In this document: one piece after another, positions 41,012-50,994 of the stretch | Position numbering within the stretch: the first letter of the stretch is position 1 | Layout: each line of letters opens with the position of its first letter | Notes under the pieces: generated by a model | Told to the model about the DNA's origin: nothing | The model's input: the letters and a program-made list of their open reading frames with translations, nothing else | Database searches by the model: none | Assembly (NCBI RefSeq): GCF_006345805.1 | Contig: NC_043003.1 | Coordinates: 38,812,001 to 38,876,000 of the forward strand | From: Octopus sinensis | Taxonomy: Eukaryota | DNA length: 64,000 bases | Direction: 5' to 3' | Translations under genes and position numbers: made by a program

Positions 41012-41178
41012 CGATGCTGGTGTGTTTACGTTCCCGTAACTTAGCGGTTCGGCAGAAAGAGATCGATAGGATAAGTACTAGGCTTACAAAGAATAAGTCC
41101 TGGGTCGATTTGCTCGACTAAAGGCAGTGCTCCAGCATGGCCGCAGTCAAATGACTGAAACGAATAAAAGAATGAAAG

Positions 41179-41229
<51 letters not shown>

Positions 41230-41231
41230 TC

Positions 41232-41526
41232 ACGTGATCACCTGACCGACCAGGCTATCAGATATTGCTACACATCGCTGGTCACAATGCGCTTCGCATT
41301 GTTTTAGCCTTCAGATTACGCCACCCCGCTGGGCTAAGCGAGCAGGTCAACAGAAGAAAGAGCGAGAGAAAGTTGCGGCGAAAGAGTACAGCAGGGATCG
41401 CCACCATCCCTTGCCGGAGCCAAGGTGTTTTCGCTCAATAAACACTCACAACGCCCGGTCTGGGAATCGAAACCGCGATCCTACGACCGCGAGTCCGTTG
41501 CCCTAACCACTGGGCCATTGCGCCTC

Positions 41527-41528
<2 letters not shown>
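41232..41528 (-). mobile_element. tRNA-derived SINE resembling the octopus OK family
   Basis: Head GGAGGCGCAATGGCCCAGTGGTTAGGGC...GGTTTCGATTCCCAGACC; paralogue at 56810-57046; the family name is from memory. Confidence 0.65.
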
Positions 41529-41577
<49 letters not shown>

Positions 41578-41581
<4 letters not shown>

Positions 41582-41729
41582 GTAGCTGTGTAGTAAGAAG
41601 TTTACTTCCCAACCATATGGTTCCGGGTTCAGTCCCACTGTATGATATTTTGGGCAAGTGTCTTCTACTATAGCATCGGCTCTTCATGTTGACTAAAGCC
41701 TTGTTGAGTGGATTTGGTAAATGGAAACT

Positions 41730-41762
<33 letters not shown>

Positions 41763-42010
41763 TGTGTGTGTGTGTGTGCATGTGTCTTTGTGTTTGTGTT
41801 TGCGCCTCGCACCCCAACGCTTGATAACCGGTGTCGGTGTGTTTATGTTCCCATAACTTAGCAGTTCAGCAAAAGAGGATGATAGAATAAGTACCAGACT
41901 TAAAAGAAAAAAAAACAATACTGGGGTCGATTCATTCGATTAAAAGTTCTTCAAGACGGTGCCCCAGCATGGCCGCAATCCAATGACTGCAACAAGTAAA
42001 AAGTAAAAGA
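41578..42010 (+). mobile_element. SINE family A
   Basis: Head GTAGCTGTGTAGTAAGAAG...GGTTCAGTCCC, internal (TG)n, tail GGTGCCCCAGCATGGCCGCAATCCAATGACTG. Confidence 0.75.
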
Positions 42011-42773
42011 TAGATTATACACGTCCGCGCGTGCACACATACACACGCATACACACAAACAGGTATACATGTACACAACACACATACACACACACACACA
42101 TGTGTGTGTGTAATGTTTACAAGTTTGTTTCGTCTATTAGGAAAAATAATTTGAATTGATATTAATAATATAAAGCTTTCTACATTTGCAGATAACCAAC
42201 TTAGGATCGAAAACTATTACTGATCTAACATGAAAACTGAGATATCTTTGTTTACCAAACGAACATGATATCCATCGCATAAAACTTTCATATTCGCCTG
42301 CTTCGATATCAAATAAGATATAAATATGTATCTGTGATATTAAACATGGCTAGGTTGCTCTTGCGGTCAAACATTGTGAACTTCTACGTAGTCACTCGAT
42401 TTGCAGGCAAATTTCCCACAAGTCACAAAATAATGTCTTAGAAAAGGAAGCCACATGAGATAATGTAGTCCTAGATTATACTGTATCTAAAAAAAAAAAA
42501 AATAACAATAATCCTTTCTACTAAAGGTACAAGGCCTGAATTTTGTGGGAGGGGACTAGTCGATTACATCGACTTCAGTGTTTCACTGGAACTTAATTTA
42601 TCGTCCCCGAAAAGATGAAAGGCAAAGTCGACGGTGGTAGAATTTGAACTCGGAACGTTGCGACGGGCGAATTAAAATAATAATAATAATAAAAAGGCTG
42701 CTTTTCAATTAGAAAAATAGGAAGCAAGTGCTGGAATGTACTACTTCTCTGAGCTTATATAGAGGAGTTAAGT

Positions 42774-43150
42774 CAGGGCCGAATTAAGATCCATTTAGGC
42801 TCTAAGCACTTCAAAGATTTTGGTGCCCCCAAATATATGTAATTCAAAATATAAATAATGATAAACCACAAAATAAATCTTTATTTTTCAAAATAAAACC
42901 AACAGCAATATGGAAAATATGTTTTATATACTTCCACTTTATTCATATTTGAAATTTTTTCCCCGTCTTTTTTTAATTGCAAAATCTTTGATTAGATTCT
43001 CAAAGTTAATCTTACGTAAAACATCTGCTTCTGTACTTAGTAGAGATAAGGAATCCAGAACTTTAGCAAGTTTAAAGTGATTTCTTTTGAGTAGTACACC
43101 GTTTACCATTTCTGTAGTGCCACCTCCTTCCCTTGATGTCCTAAGCATGT
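42774..43150 (-). mobile_element. hAT transposon 3' end (dimerisation domain remnant)
   Basis: CAGGGCCGAATTAAG terminus; minus strand LDSLSLLSTEADVLRKINFENLIKDFAIKKRR matches the hAT C-terminal L.LLSIE...L..IDF...I..FA..K.R. Confidence 0.55.
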
Positions 43151-43443
43151 GCTTACTTTGTTTAACGCTGAGTTAAGTAGATGGTCTAATGAAGCAGAGG
43201 TCAAAAAAGGGTGAGACAGAACTTTGGAACACAGAATTTCTGTCTCCGGCTTAGATGAAATGATGATAACGAGCTTGAGAGCAAGAACAACAAGAAAACG
43301 AGCTGTGATCCACTGTAAAGATTTCGAACGTTTAGCAGATCTGTTTTTGTCATGGCTTTCTATCACATGCACATTAAAATAAATGTACGTATACTATGTA
43401 TTTAGTTTTTCTGGACAAGATATTTTGTTTCTGTCAATCAGAC

Positions 43444-43529
43444 TGTTATGATGAGAGTTACGATGCCCCCTTGCGAGAGATAGACTAGTCCGAGTAAAGT
43501 ATAAATAGTAACGAGCCGAGTGAGTTCGA
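43444..43529 (+). promoter_or_regulatory. U3 part of the 5' LTR with TATA box
   Basis: Starts TGT right after the TSD; TATAAATA at 43500-43507, 30 nt upstream of AGTTCAG (43530). Confidence 0.75.
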
Positions 43530-45254
43530 AGTTCAGACTCGTTATTTTTATTTTTTTTATTTTTTATTTATTTTTTTTTTTTGAGTGAGTTATTTGGAGT
43601 TATTCTGATGTTTTGTTTCGAGTGAAGAGGTTGTGAGTTCGAGTTCGTTGGAGGACGTGGAATAATTTTTTTTCTTGAAAATGCAAGAGCAGACTTACGC
43701 GCGAGCGGCAGGCAGAGGCTTGGTTGACGGTGAGCTGGAGATGGAGGAGGTGGTGGTCGAACAAAAGACTTGCAAAGTATTTCGACAGTTTAAAGAGGGA
43801 GGGTGACTGTGTGATAGTCACACCGTCCGAGGAGGAGGAGCAGTGCAGAGAAGCGTACTATAACGTACAGGACGTGGTGTGTGGAGTCGAAAAAAATTGA
43901 AGTAGCGGAAATGGCAGAAGAAGTAGAAAGGTGTCTGAAGGAAATTGAGGGTGACCCACATTTTTCAAAAGAGGAAGGAAAGTATGCCACGGTGGTGGTA
44001 TATTTTGAAACAGAAAATGAGGCAAAAAAAACGCAACAAGACTTTTGAAATCGGATAAGTGGACTTTGCCACAGTGTCTGCGAAGGAGAGCAGTGAGGAT
44101 GAGAATCCATAGAATCTCACCCGAATTTAATATGGAAAGGTTGCTGCAGCAGTGCTGTTTAACTGCAAGGATGATGTGGAGGTACTGAAGGTGGAGAAGT
44201 CAGCGGAGGTGAAATGTGGTGGGGATATACGGTGCAGTTCTGGCACACATAACCGTGCGAGACCTGTACAACATCCCGGAGGAGCTGGTCTACCCTGACG
44301 AGACACGGCTCCGAGTTTGGGTAGAGGGAAGACCCCCAATTTGCTACAATTGTAAATCGAGGGGCCACATGAAAGATGTGTGCCCGCGGGAAAAAACAAA
44401 AGCACCAGAGGTTGTGATAGAGGATGTAAAGACCGTGTGTGGAGGAGCGAAAGCGGAGGAATACGAATGGAGGAGCAGTTAAGTGAGAAGAACGAGCGAG
44501 TGCAGAAGAGGAAAAAACAGAAGACGGAAGAGGTCAAGGGTGGAATCACCACCGAAAGATCAAAAAAAGAAAAAAATCAAAAGCAAGATAGCAGAAGAGA
44601 GAGAAGAGAAAACATACAAAGAAGGATAAAGAGAAGGCGAGAGAGCGGCCAAGGACAGAGTTTGAACAAGAATGGGAGACGAAGTGAACGAGCAATTGGA
44701 ATCGTGTAAATATGGAAGAAGGCCTACAGGAAAAACTTGAAGGCAGTTGTGATGTATATCAAGAATACAGAAGTGAGAAGAGACTTGTAGGTAAGAAAGG
44801 GTTGGTCAGGGTGAAGGTGAACCAAAACTGTATGGTGACGACGTGAAAGGCGTCATTATAGACAAAGAGACATATATAAAATTAAAAAAGATGTTTAATG
44901 CTATGCATATAACGCATTATGTGCGGTATGATAAATTGCCAGATGTTATAGACCAAACGGACCTATTGGATTATATGACGGACGAGCGTCTAATGTAGAA
45001 TTGTAATTGTAAAATTGTATAATGTTAACATGTAAATTTGTAAATTGAACTGAAATATATTAACTGTGAAATTGTATTGAATATATGAAATGTAAATTGT
45101 ATTTTAAACGGAACTGCGAGTTGGGGGTTCGTAAGCCGTTCCATCTCATTACATATAATTCATTTTACTTCATATTTTTTTTTACTTTATGTACCCCATG
45201 TCCCGTCTTGTAATGTCCCCTTCTTCGTGGCCCCTTTGTGGGTAATAAAGAAAT
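43530..45254 (+). mobile_element. Cassette A1: ORF1-only zinc-knuckle retroelement (1725 bp)
   Basis: Begins AGTTCAGACTCG, ends GTGGGTAATAAAGAAAT; roughly 95% identical to A2 by eye. Confidence 0.85.
43681..44998 (+). pseudogene. A1 ORF (ORF1p/Gag-like CCHC protein) with many 1-bp indels
   Basis: MQEQTYARAAGRG... to ...DYMTDERLM*; VEGRPPICYNCKSRGHMKDVCP retained. Confidence 0.85.
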
Positions 45255-47001
45255 AGTTCAGACTCGTTATTTTTTTTGAGTGAGTTATTTGGAGTTGTTC
45301 TGGTGTGTTTGTTTCGAGTGAAGAGGTTGTGAGTTCGAGTTCTTTGGAGGACGTGGAATAATTTTTTTCTTGAAAATGCAAGAGCAGACTTACGCGCGAG
45401 CGGCAGGCAGAGGCCTGGTTGACGGTGAGCTGGAGGTGGTGGTCGAACAGAAGACTTTACAAAAGTATTTCGACAGTTTAAAGAGGGAGGGTGACTGTGT
45501 GATAGTCACACCGTCCGAGGAGGAGGAAAGCAGTGCAGAGAAGCGTACTATAACGTACAGGACGTGGTGTGTGGAGTCGAAAAAAATTGAAGTAGCGGAA
45601 ATGGCAGAAGTAGAAAGGTGTCTGAAGGAAATTGAGGGTGAACCCACATTTTTCAAAGAGGGAAGGAAGTATGCCACGGTGGTGGTATATTTTGAAACAG
45701 AAAATGAGGCAAAAAGAACGCAACAAGACTTTTGAAATCGGATAAGTGGACTTTGCTACCAAGTTACTGCGGAAGGAGGGCAGTGAGGATGAGAATCAAT
45801 AGAATCTCACCCGAATTTAATATGGAAAGGTTGCTGGCAGCAGTGCTGTTTAACTGCAAGGATGATGTGGAGGTACTGAAGGTGGAGAAGTCAGCAGAGG
45901 TGAAGTGGTGGGGATATACGGTGCAGGTCCTGGCACACATAACCGTGCGAGACCTGTACAACATCCCGGAGGAGTTGGTCTACCCTGACGAGACTCGGCT
46001 CCGAGTTGTGGTAGAGGGAAGACCCCCAATTTGCTACAATTGTAAATCGAGGGGCCACATGAAGGATGTGTGCCCGCGAGAAAAAACAAAAGCACCAGAG
46101 GTTGTGATGGAGGAGTGTAGAGATGCGTGTGTGGAGGAAGCGAAAGCGGAGGAAGCACGAATGGAGGAGCAGTTAAATGAGGAAGAACGAGCAAGTGCAG
46201 AAGAGGAAAAAACAGAAGACAGGAAGAGATCAAGGGTGGAATCACCACCGAAAGATCAAAAAAAGAAAAAAATTAAAAGCAAGATAGCAGAAGAGAGAGA
46301 AGAGAAAACATACAAAGAACAGGAAGTAAAAGAGAAGGCGAGAGAGCGGCCAAGGACAGAGTTTGAACAAGAATGGGAGACAAGAGTGAACGAGCAATTG
46401 GAATCGTGTAAATATGGAAGAAGGCCTACAGGGAAAAACTTGAAGGCAGTTGTAATGTATATCAAGAATACAGAAGTGGAAAAGAGACTTGTAGGTAAGA
46501 AAGGGTTGGTCAGGGTGAAGGTGAACCCAAAACTGTATGGTGACGATGTAAAAGGCGTCATTATAGACAAAGAGACATATATAAAATTAAAAAAGAATTT
46601 TAGTGCTATGCATATAACGCACTATGTACGGTATGATAAATTACCAGATGTGATAGATCAAACGGACCTATTGGATTATATGACGGACGAGCGTCTAATG
46701 TAAAAGAATTAGAATTGTTAATTGTAAAATTATTTGATGTAAAGTTGTGTTTTGAACAGGAATATATGTAATGTTAACACGTAAAATTGTAAAATTATTG
46801 TAACTGTAAAATTGTATTGGAATATATGAAATGTACAATTGTATTTTAAACGGAACTGCGAGTTGGGGGTTCGTAAGCCGTTCCATCTCATTATATATAA
46901 TTCATTTTTTACTTCATATTTTATTTTTTTATTTTATGTACCCCATGTCCCGTCTTGTAATGTCCCCCTCTTCGTGGCCCCTTTGTGGGTAATAAAGAAA
47001 C
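45255..47001 (+). mobile_element. Cassette A2: ORF1-only zinc-knuckle retroelement (1747 bp)
   Basis: Begins AGTTCAGACTCG, ends GTGGGTAATAAAGAAAC. Confidence 0.88.
45376..46703 (+). CDS. A2 protein (~442 aa if one frameshift near 45720 is restored): RRM-like region, CX2CX4HX4C knuckle, charged linker, unassigned C-terminal domain
   Basis: ORFs 45370-45735 and 45732-46703 overlap; knuckle CYNCKSRGHMKDVC at 46032-46073; the VEGRPP.C context resembles Tx1/L1-clade ORF1p (ZCCHC3-like); no RT or endonuclease. Confidence 0.8.
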
Positions 47002-48660
47002 AGTTCAGACTTCGGAGTCGTTGTTATTGAACGCGCGTGAAATTGTAAGTAGGAAAAATTGTTGTACGTTTGTTGATACGGTTTCGTGTTATACTGTTTC
47101 TGTTCTGGCGGCCGTTGTCTGTCTGTGTGAGACAGACAAGAGGATATGGACGACCCCTCCCTGATGGAAGAGTCGGAGGAGGAATAGTTGTTCGAGACCT
47201 TGTCAGAAGCATCGACTTCTGAGGACGAGCTGATCGGCGCTGTGAATAATATGGATATTAAAACCGGGAAGACGTCCGCTGGAGCTGCAAAAAAGAAGAC
47301 GACAGAGGAAAAGGAGATTAACCTAGAAAAATTGCCAGGTTTTCAAGCTTACATAACTAAAGTAGGTGGTGAGGTAAAACTACTTCCACCAGAGAAACGA
47401 GAAGAATGGTTTATGAAAAGGATTATAAAATACCGGACATATGGAAAAGATAACAGGAAAGTAGAAATAATGAAAATGGAAGATATTGAGGAGGCGCTGA
47501 GAAGAGAGAAGGAAGAAATCACATTCATGACAAGAGGAAACGAGTTCGGAACCATAATAGTGCAGTTCGAAAGCAAAAATATAGCAAGGAAAATGGCAAC
47601 GAAGACAATAAAAACTGAAAAAGTAATATTATTACCCTCCTACATGAACCAAAGAATAAATAGAATAAGAGTTGAAGGGATACCCCACCCCACATTGAGG
47701 GTGAATGGGTCGTCGCGGCGATCATAAAAGATGTGGAAGAAGAGACAAACATTTTACAAGCGACCGTAAAAAATGAAGGTTTACGTGGCAAAACGCTAGA
47801 GATGAGCGTTCAAGCAGAGGAGGGTGCACTGGAGAAGATGGCGGACAGCATAATTTTGGGGAATATAGTAATGAGAGTGTGGGTGGAGGGCAGAGCACCA
47901 AGGTGCTATAAGTGTGGCCTGAGGGGGCCACATAAGAGCCTACTGCCCTCCCCCACAAAAAGAAACAGTGATCCAGGAAGAGGAGGAGACGGAGCCGGAA
48001 AAAGTTGAGGAGGAAGAATCTGAGGAGGAGAAGGAGGCCCAAACTGAGTGGGAAGACGTAAGGAAAAAAAGAAAAAGGAAAGTGAACTTTATCGAACCCC
48101 AATCCACCCCAACACCACCCGCACCCTCTGAGCCCCATCCTTCCCCTGCAAACAAAGATCCCACCCACTCCCCGCCTACATGAAAACCTAAAAACGCAGA
48201 CATACAGAGTAAACAAGAGCCCAAGTCCCATTTTTTATGTTTTGTAAAAAAAAAAGGAAGACAATGAGAACTCAACAAGATTCTTTGGTAAAGAAGCATG
48301 GTATGAGGGAGAAGATGGGAGTTACTTGGTGGTGGAAGGTGAAGTAATGGACATAAGGAAGATGTGTGTAAATGAAGGTGTAAAAGCGATTGAGGTGGAA
48401 TTTTCGAATGAGAAGATAAGAGTATGAAAGGATATTTGAGAAAGTGATAAGAAAAGAGGGACTTTTGATTGGAGATGATAGGTGACGAAGGGTTGACAAG
48501 GACAGGTAAGTGGTGTTGGCGGATGGGGCCGTCAGCATCGCTTTCATATTATCATTATCATTCTAAAAATTCATTCTCCATACTATTAATTATAATGTTC
48601 TATGTCCCCAATGTCTTGTGGTGTCCCCTCTGTGTCGCCCCTAGTGGGTAATAAAGAATT
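47002..48660 (+). mobile_element. Cassette B: diverged ORF1-only zinc-knuckle retroelement (1659 bp)
   Basis: Begins AGTTCAGAC, ends AGTGGGTAATAAAGAATT; protein homologous to A, DNA not obviously alignable outside the ends. Confidence 0.85.
47146..48183 (+). pseudogene. B ORF (~345 aa reconstructed), CCHC zinc-knuckle protein with one stop and two homopolymer frameshifts
   Basis: ATG 47146, TAG 47185; ...GTIIVQFES...LLPSYMNQR..IRVEGIP / WVVAAII...RVWVEGRAPRCYKCGLRG / HIRAYCP..., acidic and Pro-rich tail. Confidence 0.8.
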
Positions 48661-48835
48661 AGTTCAGAGTCGAGTGAAGTACGTGTTATTTCGCAGTGAA
48701 GTCGGAAGGTGTCGGTTGGTTAGTTAACAAAGAATATTGATTGTTAGTTCGTAAAGAGATTTGTTAGTTTGTTAAATTGTTTTTATTATTGTCTGGTTAT
48801 CTTATTTATTGTACATAACAAATTACGTTACAACA
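48661..48835 (+). repeat. R-U5 part of the 5' LTR
   Basis: Starts AGTTCAGAGTCG, ends TTACAACA; 48684-48835 aligns with 50394-50530. Confidence 0.85.
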
Positions 48836-48837
48836 TC

Positions 48838-48856
48838 TGGCGACAAGGGTTTCGAA
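48838..48856 (+). promoter_or_regulatory. Primer-binding site (tRNA-Arg-like, tentative)
   Basis: TGGCGACAAGGG.TTCGAA 2 nt after the LTR end; resembles the complement of a tRNA-Arg(TCG) 3' end with a short gap. Confidence 0.6.
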
Positions 48857-48905
48857 TCTCACGTAGATTATTTAACAATTTTTTCATGATACAACTTGTT
48901 AAATA

Positions 48906-50393
48906 ATGGAAGACCTATCAGCTTCCATAGTACAGTTGCAAAAGCAACAACAAGAGCAGCAACAAGAATTGCGGAAGAAACTATAACAGCAACAACAATT
49001 ATTGAAGCTATATTAAAAAAAGTCCAAAAATGAGTTAAGTTCGTTTTCGCCAGACGGTGTTTCGAACTTGATTAATGAATTCAGTTATAACCCAGAGGTG
49101 GGTATAACTTTTATATCGTACTACAGAAGGTACGATGAGGTTTTTAAATAAGATTGCAAATCATGGTCGGACGAACAAAAAGTGAGATTGTTATTCCGAA
49201 AATTTGCTCCGTTAGAGCATGAACGTTACTATAATTTCATATTGCCCAAAAAAACCTAATGAAATTTGTTTTAAAGAAACAATAGAATTACTGTGCAACA
49301 TATTCAGCGATAAAACTTCTCGTTAACACTGAAGTGTTGAAATATACCGAAAAAAAAGAGAATGATGATTTTATCACATACACAAGAACTGTCAACAGGA
49401 TGTGTGAAAGTTTTAAGTTCAAAGAACTTACACCCGAGATGTTCAAGTGTTTTATTTTCGTACAAGGCCTTACAGCAAGCGAAGATACAGAAATTTGGGC
49501 AAGAATTCTTTCTAAATTGAAACAAGCGAACTAAGATCTAACCTTACAGTCCCTAGCTGAAGAATGCCAAACGATGGTAAACCTGAAACACGATGTAGAA
49601 AAAATTCAAGTAAAGGATTCTTCAAAAATACAGATATGCTGACCGGAAAAGTACAAACCCCACCCCCAAAAAAGCGCCACGTCCTAATCCATGTTATGGA
49701 TGTGGGGGTGTACATTTCAGAAAAGACTGTTCATTTAAAAATAATAAAAAAACGTTACAGTTGCAAAAGAACTGGTCACCAGAGTTCACACTGCAGAACA
49801 AAATTACGAAGGTCAAACGTTAAAAATCTTAGAGAGCTCTCAGCAGAAACAAAAATCAACTCCCACATAAGAAAATTCGTACACGTAAAAATAAATGGAA
49901 ATTCATATTAAACTTCAACATGATATTGGAAATGAGATTTCAATAATAAATATAGACACATGGAAGAAAATAGGGAAACCTATGTTGAGAAAAACAGCGA
50001 AATCTGCTCCTAACGTGACGGACGACAAATTACATTTCTTAGACGAAATGTGGACTGATGTCACATTTCGGAGGAAAACATTCAAGGCGAAAGTCTTCAT
50101 CGTTAAAAATGCAACCGATCTGTTGGGTACCGATGGTTAGAATTTTTTGATTTATAGGATCTTCCCATAAATCTCTCTTGTAAAAACGTAGATGGTTGTT
50201 CCTCTAAAAATAATTCGTCTGAAGAGTTAAAGAGAAAATTTAAAAAAATATTTTCGCAACTACTCTTGGACAAACTAGGTCTATGCACAAAGGCTGAAGC
50301 ATGTTTTGAATTAGATGATAACAGTCACCGTTGTTCAAGCCTAATAGGAAAGTGCCTTCTGCGGCAATAAAGCAAGTGGACGTTGAGTTGGAC
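48906..50393 (+). pseudogene. Gypsy gag-protease remnant, truncated at the start of RT
   Basis: Poly-Q N-terminus, FSYNPEVG.TF..YYRRY..VF, KFKELTPEMFKCFIFVQGL, knuckle CYGCGGVHFRKDC, degenerate protease LQHDIGNEISIIN...W.KIGKP, then PLFKPNRKVP; multiple stops and frameshifts. Confidence 0.85.
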
Positions 50394-50530
50394 TGTTAGT
50401 TCGCAGTGAAGTCGGAAGGTGTCGGTTGGTTAGTTAACAAGGAATATTGATTGTTGGTTCGTTAAGAGATTTGTTAGTTCGTTACATTGTTTTTATCTCA
50501 TTTATTGTACGTAACAATTACGTTACAACA
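50394..50530 (+). repeat. 3' LTR remnant (distal R/U5 only)
   Basis: Aligns to 48684-48835 with about 8 substitutions and one indel; followed by the TSD. Confidence 0.85.
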
Positions 50531-50730
50531 CAGACGATGCACCATAGTCTTGCCATTAACCTTCAGTAAAATGGAACTAATTTTCGAGTGTTAATTGGTA
50601 AATATGCACATCGCCATTGGTGGGAGTATTATTTATTTAATTGTAGCTTGGCCAAGCTTCACGAACATTAACATACGAAGTGGTACCAAAAAGTTCCCAG
50701 ACTAGTTTTGTAGCACGCCAACAGATGGCA

Positions 50731-50935
50731 GCACACCGGGCGAAATGCTTAGCGGTATTTCGTCTGCATTACGTTGTGAGTTCAAATTCCGCCGAGGTCG
50801 ACTTTGCCTTTCATCCTTTCGGGGTCGATAAATTAAGTACCAGTTACGCATTGGGGTCGATGTAATCGACTTAATACCTATGTCTGTCCTTGTTTGTCCA
50901 TTCTGTGTTTAGCCCCCTGTGGGTAATAAAGAAAT
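50731..50935 (+). mobile_element. SINE family C (5'-truncated)
   Basis: Core GGTCGACTTTGCCTTTCATCCTTTCGGGGTCGATAAATTAAGTACCAG; tail GCCCCCTGTGGGTAATAAAGAAAT. Confidence 0.85.
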
Positions 50936-50994
50936 AGGTTGCATGCACAGTTAGAGCTAGCGGTGATCTTCATGAGGCTGTGTGCCGAGTGACA

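Larger units (their letters stand above)
43444..50530 (+). mobile_element. Ty3/gypsy LTR retrotransposon (Mag-like), internally deleted, 5' LTR interrupted by a cassette array
   Basis: TGTTATGA...TTACAACA termini; identical 5-bp TSD CAGAC at 43439-43443 and 50531-50535; PBS and gag-protease remnant inside. Confidence 0.9.

Noticed and set aside
45850-46570. Antisense ORFs within the cassettes (also 47722-48231)
   Set aside because: They mirror purine-rich sense coding sequence and show no conservation between A and B.
43530-48660. Cassettes as DIRS/Ngaro split repeats or Penelope pseudo-LTRs
   Set aside because: No tyrosine recombinase, RT or GIY-YIG; the terminal repeat is only 9-12 nt and belongs to the gypsy LTR.
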